A DNA stretch of 64,000 bases. Origin: an uncultured cyanobacterium. Its GTDB lineage: Bacteria > Cyanobacteriota > Cyanobacteriia > CAKZMO01. Position 1 is the first letter of the stretch. The number at the start of each line of letters is the position of its first letter. The position numbers were made by a program, and so were the translations under genes. The stretch lies in contig CAVRCJ010000001.1 in NCBI GenBank assembly GCA_963719515.1, positions 32,001 through 96,000 on the forward strand, given 5' to 3'. The notes under the pieces are model-generated. The model saw only the letters and a program-made list of their open reading frames with translations. It made no database searches and was not told the origin of the DNA. Positions 10,633 through 21,201 of the stretch are shown one piece after another.

Positions 10633-10754
10633 TATACTTCTGATTCAGGGCGGGACTTATTTATGCATTCAGTCCGATAGACTTTTGAGAGATTGTATGC
10701 GGTTTAGAGCAGTAAACCTCAAAACTCAGCTAAAGCCTTTGAATCAGAACTTTA
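10633..10754. mobile_element. Putative 122-bp MITE with imperfect terminal inverted repeats
   Basis: TATACTTCTGATTCA (10633-10647) and TGAATCAGAACTTTA (10740-10754) are 13/15 inverted matches; both ends are TA; no ORF. Confidence 0.5.
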
Positions 10755-10923
10755 GGCCCAGAACCCCAAGCTAGGCGGGCTGAGCGGGAATAGCTTAAAC
10801 CCCACAAAGCTTCTCCGATCCCAACAGGCGCGATCGCGGACGGCATCCGCAATTTTCCGGATATCTGCTAGGGTTCGATGAAAAGTTTTGGGAAACGATC
10901 GCTAGCTCTGTATAACCTGTACC

Positions 10924-11631
10924 ATGCTGTTCGCCACTGAAAATTTGCCGTACTGGATATTTCTGGGACTAGGCAGCGCACTATTCCTGATTACCTTTTT
11001 TGGCAGCAAGACTCACGACGCGTCCGCTGACGCTACCCGTAACCCTAGCTCCGGACCAAATCGTGCCGAAGTATTGCCGAACGATGTAGTGCCGCGCGCT
11101 AACAACGCGACTCAGTCTGTGCTGCCAAGCAAACCTCGCAGGCCCTACAGCCCCCTCGTGCTGAGACTAGCCCTCAATCTGACGCTTTGGGGGCTGATTG
11201 GCTGGATAGTGAACGTCATCTTTGGCCTGCTCCAAGGCTCCCTGCCTCAGAATCTGCTCCAGGTTGGCATTTTGAGCATCACTCTGATTGCAGCATTAGC
11301 GCTCAGCCAGTCGCTGATGTCGCCTATTGGCTGGGTCATCACCTCTCGCCGCAAGACGGACAATCTGGATCACCTTGTGGGCTGTACGGGCACGGTCAGC
11401 TCTGACTCTCTCCGCCGGCTTCAGGAGGGAACGGCTCAGATCAACGTCGTCGACCCGACGGGCAGCGCGTTAACCGTCAACGCTGCGCTTCCGGACTGGG
11501 CTACGATTGCCCCCCAGCAGGGGGACTCCGTGACGCTTATTGAGCGACTGCCTGATGCCCACCTTTACTATGCCGTTGCGACGGACAGCGCAGACCAGGA
11601 TCACTGGCTTAAGCAGACCGCCGCAATATAA
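10924..11631 (+). CDS. Membrane protein, DUF1449/YqiJ (NfeD-like OB-fold) family
   Basis: NLPYWIFLGLG N-terminus, three hydrophobic segments, C-terminal LVGCTGTVSS...GDSVTLIER OB-fold pattern. Confidence 0.65.
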   Translation: MLFATENLPYWIFLGLGSALFLITFFGSKTHDASADATRNPSSGPNRAEVLPNDVVPRANNATQSVLPSKPRRPYSPLVLRLALNLTLWGLIGWIVNVIFGLLQGSLPQNLLQVGILSITLIAALALSQSLMSPIGWVITSRRKTDNLDHLVGCTGTVSSDSLRRLQEGTAQINVVDPTGSALTVNAALPDWATIAPQQGDSVTLIERLPDAHLYYAVATDSADQDHWLKQTAAI

Positions 11632-11817
11632 CCGTAGCCTGACGCTGTTGGTAAATTAGAAGAATTGCTGTATTTGTGTCTTAGGGCTATTTGCGATCGC
11701 CTGTATTAGCATATACTTGTACTGCAAAATCAAAGCCATGCTGGAAAACTTTGTTTGGCCAAGGCAAGGTTTAATGCACTCGCGTATACCTATACTCTGT
11801 TATCGCCCTGCTGCCCA

Positions 11818-14800
11818 GTGATTCCACTGCGCCTCACCCTCACCAATTTTTTGAGCTACCGGCAGGCTACCTTAGATTTCGGTGGTCTCCATGTGGCCTG
11901 CGTGTGCGGGGCCAACGGAGCGGGAAAGTCGTCCCTACTGGAGGCGATCGCCTGGGCGGTGTGGGGGCAAAGCCGCGCTTCCTCAGAGGACAACGTTATC
12001 CATCTGGGTGAAGCTGAGGCTCGGGTAGACTTCACCTTTCGCTGCCACGAGCACACCTACCGCATTGTCCGCGCCCGCTACCGCGCCCAGGCCAGCTCTC
12101 TTGAGTTCCAAATTCAGACCTCAAGCGGCTATCGGGTATTGACGGGTAGAGGGCTGCGGGCCACCCAGCAGCTCATTCAGCAGCACATCCGTCTCGACTA
12201 CGACACGTTTGTCAATTCGTCATACCTCCGTCAGGGGCGAGCAGACGAGTTTATGCTCAAGCGCCCCAGCGAGCGGAAGCGTATTCTAGCCGACCTCCTG
12301 AAGCTTGAGCAATATGATCAGCTCTCAGAACGGGCCAGGGACAAAGTCCGTCAGCTCAGGGCAGAGGCGGCCGTGCTAGAGCAATCGATTGAGCAGATGA
12401 CGCAGCACCTGAACCAAGAAGCGATCGCCAGCCAGCAGCTACAGCTACAGCAGGCCCATGATGCCCTGCAGCAAAGCTTTTTTGAGGTGGCTCAGCAGAT
12501 CCAGACTTTACAGCAGCAGGCCCAGCAGCGGGCCGCTTGGCAACAAGAATACGCGCTGCGACGCCAGGCCCGAGAGCAGCTAGAGGCAGACTGCGATCGG
12601 TTAGAGATAGAGCTGCGGCGGCTGGAGGCGCAGGTGCAAGAGCGGCGGCTAGTGGTTGACGACGCTGCGGCGATCGTCGCTGCCTACGCCCAATATAAAG
12701 CGCTGCAGAGCGAAGAGGCTGACCAAACCTGCCGTATGCAGGCTCATCAAATGGCGCTGCAGGAGCAGCGCGCCCGTCAGGATGAGCAGCGCGCCCTAGT
12801 GCAGACCTTCACCGATCGGCTTCAGCGAGTCCAGATGCAGCTCGAAGCGGTGGCCCAGCAAACCGAGGACCTTGCCCCTATCTTTGCGAAAGCCGAGCGC
12901 ATTGAAGTCGGTCTAGAGCGGCTGGTTCAGGCCCGCGCCAAGCTAGCAGCTCTAGACCAGAGGCAGCTCGAGGTGGACCCCCTGCTGCAGCGGCGACGGC
13001 AAATTCAGGGGCAGCTCGACCAGCAGCGTGTCCGGCTGGCCACCCGCTTGGAAGAGCTGCAGCAGGCACTAGCCCAAACTCAGCAGCAGGCCCAGCAAAC
13101 CCAGCTTCAAGAGGCAATTCAGCAAACCCAGCAGCACCTTCAGCACCTTCAGCAGCGGCGGGCCTACCAAGAGCGGGTGCGCGAGCGAGGCCTAGAGCGG
13201 CGGCGCTTCATGGATAGGCTTCAGGAGCAGCAGCGGGATGTCGAGCGACAGATGGGGTTGCTAGAGCAAAAGATGGGTTTTTTGCTGCCAGCGGGGAAGC
13301 CAGCAGAGGGGCTGCCAAACGGCCTAGAGCAGGAACCCGTAGATGGGCTCAATGTCCCTTGTCCCCTGTGCGATCGCCCCTTGGATGAACCCCATCGCCA
13401 GCAGCTGCTAGCTCAGCACCAAGAGGAACAGCGCGATTTGTTGGCCCAACTGTGGACCACGCGGGAGCAGCTCTCAGCGTCGGACCGAGAAATTCAGGTA
13501 ATGCGGCAGGAGTACCGGCAGGTAGAAAAAGAGCTGGAGGCCTATGAAGAGGTAATTGAGCACAGCGGTCAGCTCAAGGCCCGCATCCTCAGCGCCACCG
13601 ACGCGGAAGCGCGGCTCAACGCCCTACGCCATGAGCAGCAGCAGCTCCAGCAACAGCTGCAAACCCAGGCTTACGGCACTGACCTCATTGACGAGCTACA
13701 GGCCATCGATCAGCAGCTGCAGGCGGTAAACTACGACGATCGCTCCCACGCGCTTGCCCGTGGTGAGGTCGACCGCTGGCGCTGGGCCGACGTCAAGCAG
13801 GCAGAACTGCGTCGGGCGGAGCGGCAGCGGCAGCAGCTGAGCGAGCGGCAGCAGCAGCTGTCGGCTCAGGCAGACGCCCTGTCGACGGCGCTAGAAGCGC
13901 AGGCCGCCTCCGAGCTCCAGCAGGCCATCGACCAACTGGCCCAGAAAGTGGCTGCGATCGCCTATGATGCCCAGCACCACAGGAACCTGCGGCAGCCGCT
14001 GACCCAGCTCCAGCCCTGGGTTTTGCGCCATCAGGCCCTGCAGCAAGCCCAAGCCGAGCTCCCGGATCTGCAGGCCCGCTACCAGGCGCTGATGACAGAG
14101 CAAGAGCGCCGCATCTGCGCCCTGCAGGACGCCCACAATCAGGTGGAACAGCTGGGCCAACTGCTGCAGCGGCCCGACAGCTCAGAAGAGCTGCAGGCTC
14201 TAGAGCAGGGGCAGCGGCAGCGCCGTCAGCAGCTTGATACTCAGCTGGCGCAGCTCGGTCAACTGCAGGCGCAACTACAGCAGCAGGCCCAGCTGCAGCG
14301 GCGTTACGAGGAAGCGGTGGTCCAACAGCAAATCCAGCGGCATCAGGTCTGGGTCTATGATGAGCTGGCCCACGCCTTTGGCAAAAACGGCATTCAGGCG
14401 CTGATGATCGAAAATGTACTGCCCCAGCTGGAGGCGGACGCTAACCGAATTCTGGGGCGGCTGAGCGCCAATCAGCTGCATTTGCAGTTTGTCACTCAGC
14501 GCGCCAGCAAGACAAAAACCCGAGGACAGGCCAAGCTCATCGATACCCTCGATATCCTAATTGCCGATACCCAAGGTACTCGGCCCTACGAGACCTACTC
14601 CGGGGGGGAGACCTTTCGGGTCAATTTCGCCATTCGGCTGGCGATCGCCCGTCTGCTGGCCCAGCGCTCAGGAACGCCGCTGCAAATGCTGATTATCGAT
14701 GAGGGGTTTGGCACTCAAGACGCAGCGGGCTGCGATCGCTTAATTGGTGCTATCAATGCGATCGCAGCTGACTTTTCCTGCGTGTTGACCGTCACCCACG

Positions 14801-14883
14801 TGCCCTACCTCAAGGAAGCGTTTCAGGCGCGGATTGAGGTGAGTAAGACGGGGCAGGGATCACAGCTGCAGCTGGTGACCTGA
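11818..14883 (+). CDS. sbcC: SbcC/Rad50 SMC-family ATPase with zinc hook
   Basis: Walker A GANGAGKS, long coiled coil, CPLC hook, YSGGE signature, IIDEGFG Walker B. GTG start at 11818. Confidence 0.92.
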   Translation: MIPLRLTLTNFLSYRQATLDFGGLHVACVCGANGAGKSSLLEAIAWAVWGQSRASSEDNVIHLGEAEARVDFTFRCHEHTYRIVRARYRAQASSLEFQIQTSSGYRVLTGRGLRATQQLIQQHIRLDYDTFVNSSYLRQGRADEFMLKRPSERKRILADLLKLEQYDQLSERARDKVRQLRAEAAVLEQSIEQMTQHLNQEAIASQQLQLQQAHDALQQSFFEVAQQIQTLQQQAQQRAAWQQEYALRRQAREQLEADCDRLEIELRRLEAQVQERRLVVDDAAAIVAAYAQYKALQSEEADQTCRMQAHQMALQEQRARQDEQRALVQTFTDRLQRVQMQLEAVAQQTEDLAPIFAKAERIEVGLERLVQARAKLAALDQRQLEVDPLLQRRRQIQGQLDQQRVRLATRLEELQQALAQTQQQAQQTQLQEAIQQTQQHLQHLQQRRAYQERVRERGLERRRFMDRLQEQQRDVERQMGLLEQKMGFLLPAGKPAEGLPNGLEQEPVDGLNVPCPLCDRPLDEPHRQQLLAQHQEEQRDLLAQLWTTREQLSASDREIQVMRQEYRQVEKELEAYEEVIEHSGQLKARILSATDAEARLNALRHEQQQLQQQLQTQAYGTDLIDELQAIDQQLQAVNYDDRSHALARGEVDRWRWADVKQAELRRAERQRQQLSERQQQLSAQADALSTALEAQAASELQQAIDQLAQKVAAIAYDAQHHRNLRQPLTQLQPWVLRHQALQQAQAELPDLQARYQALMTEQERRICALQDAHNQVEQLGQLLQRPDSSEELQALEQGQRQRRQQLDTQLAQLGQLQAQLQQQAQLQRRYEEAVVQQQIQRHQVWVYDELAHAFGKNGIQALMIENVLPQLEADANRILGRLSANQLHLQFVTQRASKTKTRGQAKLIDTLDILIADTQGTRPYETYSGGETFRVNFAIRLAIARLLAQRSGTPLQMLIIDEGFGTQDAAGCDRLIGAINAIAADFSCVLTVTHVPYLKEAFQARIEVSKTGQGSQLQLVT

Positions 14884-14884
14884 G

Positions 14885-15355
14885 CTAACCTACCGGCTTG
14901 ACCCGCATCAGCGGCTGATCAAATTCGATTGGCTCACCGTTCTCCACCAAAATCTCCACCACCTCGCCGCTGATTTCGGCCTCTAGCTCATTCATGAGCT
15001 TCATCGCTTCAATGATGCAGATGGTCTGACCTTTGGTAATGCGATCGCCAACGCTGACAAACGGCGGTTCATCGGGGGCAGGAGAGCGATAAAAGGTTCC
15101 CACCATCGGGGAAGAGACCTCTGCTAGGTCTGACTCTAGGCGCGAGGGGGGAGCAGCAGGCGGGATAGACGCAGTCAGAGGCTCTATCGGCCGCATCACG
15201 GTAGGAATAACGCTATCGCTTGGAAGGCTAGAGGTTGTTCCTATACCCCGACGTACCGTCAGCTCAAAGTCACCGCTTTTGAGCGTCAGCTCCTCGATAT
15301 CCGTTTGATTGAGTGCTGCTAGCAGCTCGCTCAGCTCAGTAATATTCAAATCCAC
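14885..15355 (-). CDS. accB: Acetyl-CoA carboxylase biotin carboxyl carrier protein
   Basis: SPMVGTFYRSP and EAMKLMNE biotinylation motif; downstream of efp. Confidence 0.97.
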   Translation of the reverse strand: MDLNITELSELLAALNQTDIEELTLKSGDFELTVRRGIGTTSSLPSDSVIPTVMRPIEPLTASIPPAAPPSRLESDLAEVSSPMVGTFYRSPAPDEPPFVSVGDRITKGQTICIIEAMKLMNELEAEISGEVVEILVENGEPIEFDQPLMRVKPVG

Positions 15356-15433
15356 AGCTTCTTTCCAAACTAACGCTCACCCCATCTGCCCGCTATCGCC
15401 AGGGCTATTCACCCTTGCGTCAGAGCCTCGAAA

Positions 15434-15994
15434 CTAAGTCTCGCGACCTAGGTAGGAATCATTTCGCGTGTCGATCTTGATTCGCTCTCCTCTGGAGATA
15501 AACAGCGGCACCATAACCTGGGCCCCCGTTTCGACAGTGGCGGGCTTAGTGCCTCCCGTTGCCGTATCGCCCTTGACGCCTGGGTCAGTTTCAGTAACTT
15601 CGAGAACGACTGAGTTGGGCAGCTCGACTTCGATTACCTGCTCGTTCCAGCGCACCACGTTCACCTCCATACCCTCATTGAGGTACTTAACGCGATCGCC
15701 AATTTGGTCAACCGATAGGCGATTTTCTTCGTAGGTTTCCATGTCCATAAAGACAAACTGGTCGCCCTCTTTGTAAGTGTGCTGCATGACGCTCTTGTCG
15801 ATGATGGCCTGCGGCACCGTCTCACCCGCTCGAAAGGTTCGCTCGACCACGCTGCCCGTCTGAGCATTTTTGAGCTTGGTCCGCACGAAGGCGGAGCCTT
15901 TTCCGGGTTTGACGTGGAGAAACTCTACGACTCGCCAGACTGCGCCATCCAGCTCAATGCTGGTACCGGTACGAAAGTCGTTGCTGGAGATCAT
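15434..15994 (-). CDS. efp: Elongation factor P
   Basis: [16 protein letters not shown] and [11 protein letters not shown] motifs. Confidence 0.98.
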   Translation of the reverse strand: MISSNDFRTGTSIELDGAVWRVVEFLHVKPGKGSAFVRTKLKNAQTGSVVERTFRAGETVPQAIIDKSVMQHTYKEGDQFVFMDMETYEENRLSVDQIGDRVKYLNEGMEVNVVRWNEQVIEVELPNSVVLEVTETDPGVKGDTATGGTKPATVETGAQVMVPLFISRGERIKIDTRNDSYLGRET

Positions 15995-16228
15995 GAATCT
16001 TTCGGAGGAGTAATCGGCAATTCATTTTACCTCTGTTGGGGCCGGTGCTTCATCTTTCAGTCCAACGGATTTTGGGGAGTGCCACCCTCGCCATCTTGTT
16101 TCGGACCAGAGGCCAAGCCTGTGGGAAGATAAGAGACATCCACTCCAACGGTGTTCGCCCTAACCTGTGCTGATAGGGCCGTACTCAAATAGACAAAATT
16201 ATCTGGCGTGTCGCTCGAAACTATTCCC

Positions 16229-17431
16229 ATGGTAGAGAACCCTAAAACTGTCCAGGCTACGTCTTCCCCAGACGCCCTGCAGAAGCGTTGGCTCAAGGCT
16301 TACCTGAGCTGGGCTGTGTCGCTGTGTGTTGTCCTTTTTGGGTGTAGCGCCCCTGCGATCGCATCAGAGCTGTCTGGTCCAAACTTTTTTGATCTAAGTT
16401 CCAGTCTGGGCTCTAGTCTGGTGGTCGGTGCCCTACCGCCGGGGGATGCTATTACCGACGGCAAGGCGCTGCTCCGCTATGCCCTGCCTATCGACAATCA
16501 GCCCATTCGCGAGGTTCAGCGGGAGATCGAAAGCATCTCCGAGCGACTGCGAATTCAGGGAACGCGGTCTGTCGCAGGCCTCAAGCGCAACGTCAAGCGA
16601 GCCAAAAACGCCATGCGGAGACCCGAGCGCATCTTAGCGGCGGTGCCTGCCGAGAGTGAGCTGGAGGCTAAGCAGCTGCTAGATAAGGTGCGCACCGGAC
16701 TTGCTGACCTAGAAACCTATGCGGAGGAGCGGGACAAAGAGGCGATCTGGCTTAAGCGCGCCGAAATGCTGGGACAGATTGGGCAAATTGAACAGCTGAT
16801 GGTCGCTAAAGAGCCCTTTGAGGTGCCGGAAGAGTATGACGGCCTGCCTCAGCTTCACGGACGCGCCACCGTGAAGCTGGTGACCAATAAAGGCCCAATG
16901 CTAATCACCGTGGATGGATACAACGCCCCCGTCACTGCCGGAAACTTTATTGATCTGGTGCAGCGGGGATTCTACGACGGTCTTCCAGTAGTCCGTGAAG
17001 AAGAGTTTTACGTCGTGCAGATGGGCGATCCCGATGGCCCAGACGATGGTTTCGTTGACCCCGACACGGGCGAGGCGCGCACTGTCCCCATGGAAATTGC
17101 CGTTAAGGACGGCGAGCCAGTCTATGGCATGACCCTGGAGCAGGCGGGTCTATACCTCGCAGACCCGGTATTGCCCTTTGCCGCCTATGGGACCCTGGCC
17201 ATGGCTCGTCCCGATAGCGACCCTAATGGCGGCTCGTCTCAGTTTTTCTTTCTTCGATTTGAGTCGGAGCTGACGCCCGCTGGCATCAATCTACTGGACG
17301 GACGCTATGCGGTATTTGGCTACGTCACCGAGAACAGCGAGGTGCTCGACGGGCTGCGGGTCGGCGATCGCATCGAGTCGATTACGGTCGTTGACGGGGC
17401 GGAAAATCTCCTGCAGCCTCAGGCGGCCTAA
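16229..17431 (+). CDS. Cyclophilin-type peptidyl-prolyl isomerase (TLP40/CYP38-like)
   Basis: ALLRYALPIDN helical domain followed by APVTAGNFIDLV, GTLAMAR, SSQFF, LDGRYAVFGYV. Start approximate. Confidence 0.9.
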   Translation: MVENPKTVQATSSPDALQKRWLKAYLSWAVSLCVVLFGCSAPAIASELSGPNFFDLSSSLGSSLVVGALPPGDAITDGKALLRYALPIDNQPIREVQREIESISERLRIQGTRSVAGLKRNVKRAKNAMRRPERILAAVPAESELEAKQLLDKVRTGLADLETYAEERDKEAIWLKRAEMLGQIGQIEQLMVAKEPFEVPEEYDGLPQLHGRATVKLVTNKGPMLITVDGYNAPVTAGNFIDLVQRGFYDGLPVVREEEFYVVQMGDPDGPDDGFVDPDTGEARTVPMEIAVKDGEPVYGMTLEQAGLYLADPVLPFAAYGTLAMARPDSDPNGGSSQFFFLRFESELTPAGINLLDGRYAVFGYVTENSEVLDGLRVGDRIESITVVDGAENLLQPQAA

Positions 17432-17452
17432 CTTCTGTCGCATCTGGGCGTC

Positions 17453-18439
17453 GTGCGGGTCGCCGACTTAGGGGAACAGGCGCTTCTGCGCCGGCTGCAC
17501 CGCTTCTGTCCGGCGTCGGTGGTGGGAGACGACGCTGCCCTGCTGTCCGTTCCCGCAGGGCAAACCCTTGTGGTTACCACCGACGCCCTCGTCGATGGGG
17601 TCCACTTTGCCCTAGGCCGAGTCTCAGACCTAGTGACCATGACCGCAGTAGATGCAGGCTGGCGGGCCATGGCGGCCAATCTGTCGGACTTAGCGGCCAT
17701 GGGGGCAGCCCCCCTCGGCGTCACCGTAGGGCTAGGCCTACCGGCTGACCTGCCGGTGGCGGCAGTGGAAGAAATCTACCAGGGGCTCACCCAATGTCTC
17801 GCGCCTCACGGCGGAGTCATTTTGGGGGGCGACCTGCATCGCTCCCCTGTAGTGTCCCTGTGCATCACTGCCTTAGGATCGGTTCAGCCCTGTCAGGCTA
17901 TCCGTCGCTCCGGAGCTCAGGTCGGCGATGCCATTGTCGTTACAGGAAGCCATGGGCGATCGCGGGTAGGGCTGGAGCTGCTGCTCAACCCGAAGCTACG
18001 GACCAGGGCGCAGGCGGACGCTGACCCCTATCTTCAGGCTCACCGACGACCAATCCCGCGCCTGGATGCGGTGCCCATCCTGCATCAGCTCGCGGTTCGC
18101 ACCGGTATGGACAGCAGCGATGGCCTTGCTGATGCTGTCCTGCAGCTTTGCCGCAGCAGCGGCGTGGGGGCCCAGCTCGAGCAAGCCGCTATTCCCTATC
18201 CGAAGGCGAGCTGGCTATCAGACGAGCAGGCGCTTTACTGGGCGCTCTACGGCGGGGAAGACTTTGAGCTGGTGCTCTGCCTCTCTCCCGAAAAGGCAGA
18301 GCAGCTCACCCAGTCGCTCGACGAGGCCGTAGTGGTTGGTAAAGTTGTCGCAGGCGCTGAAGTTTTTCTGACTAACGAGCGGGGACAGCCGGTTCAGCAA
18401 CTGTCACTGGAGCAAGGATTTCAGCACTTCTCCAAATAA
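17453..18439 (+). CDS. thiL: Thiamine-monophosphate kinase
   Basis: GDDAA, TTDALVDGVHF, NLSDLAAMG, MDSSDGL, GGEDFEL motifs. Confidence 0.96.
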   Translation: MRVADLGEQALLRRLHRFCPASVVGDDAALLSVPAGQTLVVTTDALVDGVHFALGRVSDLVTMTAVDAGWRAMAANLSDLAAMGAAPLGVTVGLGLPADLPVAAVEEIYQGLTQCLAPHGGVILGGDLHRSPVVSLCITALGSVQPCQAIRRSGAQVGDAIVVTGSHGRSRVGLELLLNPKLRTRAQADADPYLQAHRRPIPRLDAVPILHQLAVRTGMDSSDGLADAVLQLCRSSGVGAQLEQAAIPYPKASWLSDEQALYWALYGGEDFELVLCLSPEKAEQLTQSLDEAVVVGKVVAGAEVFLTNERGQPVQQLSLEQGFQHFSK

Positions 18440-18865
18440 ATCTCCTAGAAGCCTCATGTACAAAGAGAAAGCCATAGAGAGAGCCGCCCTTTTCACCTCT
18501 AGCGTCAGGATGCCGTGGCCAGCGCCTCTAGGCAGAAGATTTAACAGAAAATCTATAAGCTTATGCCTTAAGCTCATCGATTAAGGTATCAAAATATCTT
18601 ATGATGGGAGTAACCCCACAGGGGTTCTACCCACCGGCATAGGCGTAATTCCTGACGAGTTAAATTTTAGGTTCCAGTATCTCGGTTCCGTTAGATAAGA
18701 TTTCGGCTTCTTCAGTCTCCGCAACTGTCTCGCTCACAGGTCAACCTCAACCCCATCCAGATTGGGAACTAAAGCTTTCCCTCCGCGAGGACTCTGGTTC
18801 CCAGAATGGTTTTGGTTTGGTAAGCGTTCGGCGCTGGTGGCCATACAAAACTGACGGGAGCACCC

Positions 18866-19060
18866 ATGACACAGCTTCGACGTTCTCTTGAAGCCCTTCT
18901 TACTGCGATCGCACTTACAGCGGCAGTTGCAACTCAGCCCATGGCAGAAGATTCGTTCAAGCAACTGATTTCCAGTTTGGATACGACAGTTTGCTATGCA
19001 GAATCGGGGGGCTGTTCACCCAAGATCGCCTCTACCTGGCAGTTCTTGAAGCTGTTTTGA
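18866..19060 (+). CDS. Small hypothetical protein with signal-peptide-like N-terminus and two Cys
   Basis: GGGAG RBS upstream; basic then hydrophobic N-terminus; followed by an intrinsic terminator. Confidence 0.55.
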   Translation: MTQLRRSLEALLTAIALTAAVATQPMAEDSFKQLISSLDTTVCYAESGGCSPKIASTWQFLKLF

Positions 19061-19137
19061 GCTGGCTCAGGTCAACTCAACAGATGAAGCGACTGCCCAG
19101 AGTTTGACTTTTTCTGAACCTCAAATCTATTAACGAG

Positions 19138-19178
19138 AGCGATCCCAGCACAAAACTTTTACGCTGAGATCGCTTTTT
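19138..19178 (+). terminator. Intrinsic terminator
   Basis: AGCGATCCCAGC / GCTGAGATCGCT stem followed by a T run. Confidence 0.6.
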
Positions 19179-19181
19179 CGC

Positions 19182-19364
19182 TTATGAATAGCTCTTGGCA
19201 GGGTCTTTCCAAGCGGCAGTTTTTTGCAGAAATTCTCGAGCCTTAGGGCAGGCTAGCACCTGTCCCTGCTCTGTTAGCACGAAATGCTGTTCCGGGTAAA
19301 AGCCAGCGATGACTAGTTTGATGACGACGACGCCAACTTCAGCGGGGGTTAAAACTCGTTTCAT
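19182..19364 (-). CDS. Small hypothetical protein (60 aa)
   Basis: ATG-started ORF of natural-looking composition, converging on the hairpin at 19138-19178. Confidence 0.45.
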   Translation of the reverse strand: MKRVLTPAEVGVVVIKLVIAGFYPEQHFVLTEQGQVLACPKAREFLQKTAAWKDPAKSYS

Positions 19365-19694
19365 TATTGATAGTCCTGAATTCCAGTAGTGATGGGGAGC
19401 TTTGGCAGCATAGACAATCTGTGGAGAATGCCAAATAGCTCACTTGAAGAGAGAGGTAAAGCGCTGAACTGCTTCAGTCGATAGAGTGTATTTAGCGCTG
19501 CTTCAACTTTATCGAACTGAGGTCTATGCTGAGGCGGAGCCTGTGCAGGTTCGCGTAATGGTCTGAATCAACTGCGGAGTCGATACTTCCAAACTTAATA
19601 GAGACCTACCTTATGCTAGCCGAGTTTTCCGCATTGATTTGGAAAATTTGGCATCTTTATAAAGGCTTCGAATTGCCTCTACGGCGATAGGTGA

Positions 19695-20861
<1,167 letters not shown>

Positions 20862-20920
20862 CCCTCTAAAATAGACCTGCTATTATAGAATCGGTTTCGG
20901 CCATAGCGGCCAAGCCGTCC

Positions 20921-20994
20921 GGGGCTGTGGCTCAGCTGGATAGAGCAAGCGCCTCCTAAGCGCTAGGTCGCGCGTTCGAATCGCGCCAGTCCCG
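20921..20994 (+). tRNA. tRNA-Arg (anticodon CCT)
   Basis: Cloverleaf: acceptor GGGGCTG/CAGTCCC, anticodon arm AGCGC-CTCCTAA-GCGCT, T loop GTTCGAATC; CCA not encoded. Confidence 0.96.
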
Positions 20995-21201
20995 TTTACA
21001 CCTTAGGGCTACTGCCCGTGTCACCCTGTCACTGCAGCAACGGGAGACCTCTGTGCGTGGCCTCTTTACGGGAGGCTTGTGGAAAGAAGGGCGCTGACTA
21101 ATAAGGCAGGGGCGATCGCCCCGTGGGATATGCCCAGGCTCAAGACTCTGCCACAATAGAAGCTGCTCAAAGTCTGTGCGCTACTGCCCCCCTGATCCAC
21201 C

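Noticed and set aside
11818..14883. CAG-rich tracts in both SbcC genes as DNA repeats
   Set aside because: Explained by Gln-rich coiled-coil coding.
18640..18680. CTGACGAG as a hammerhead ribozyme core
   Set aside because: No downstream GAAA with a stem II in the required arrangement.
19428..19566. Possible frameshifted small ORF
   Set aside because: Requires assumed indels and has no recognisable motif.
20921..21200. tRNA-Arg or tRNA-Gln as an island/prophage attachment site
   Set aside because: No integrase and no duplicated tRNA 3' end seen; flanking genes are ordinary chromosomal genes.
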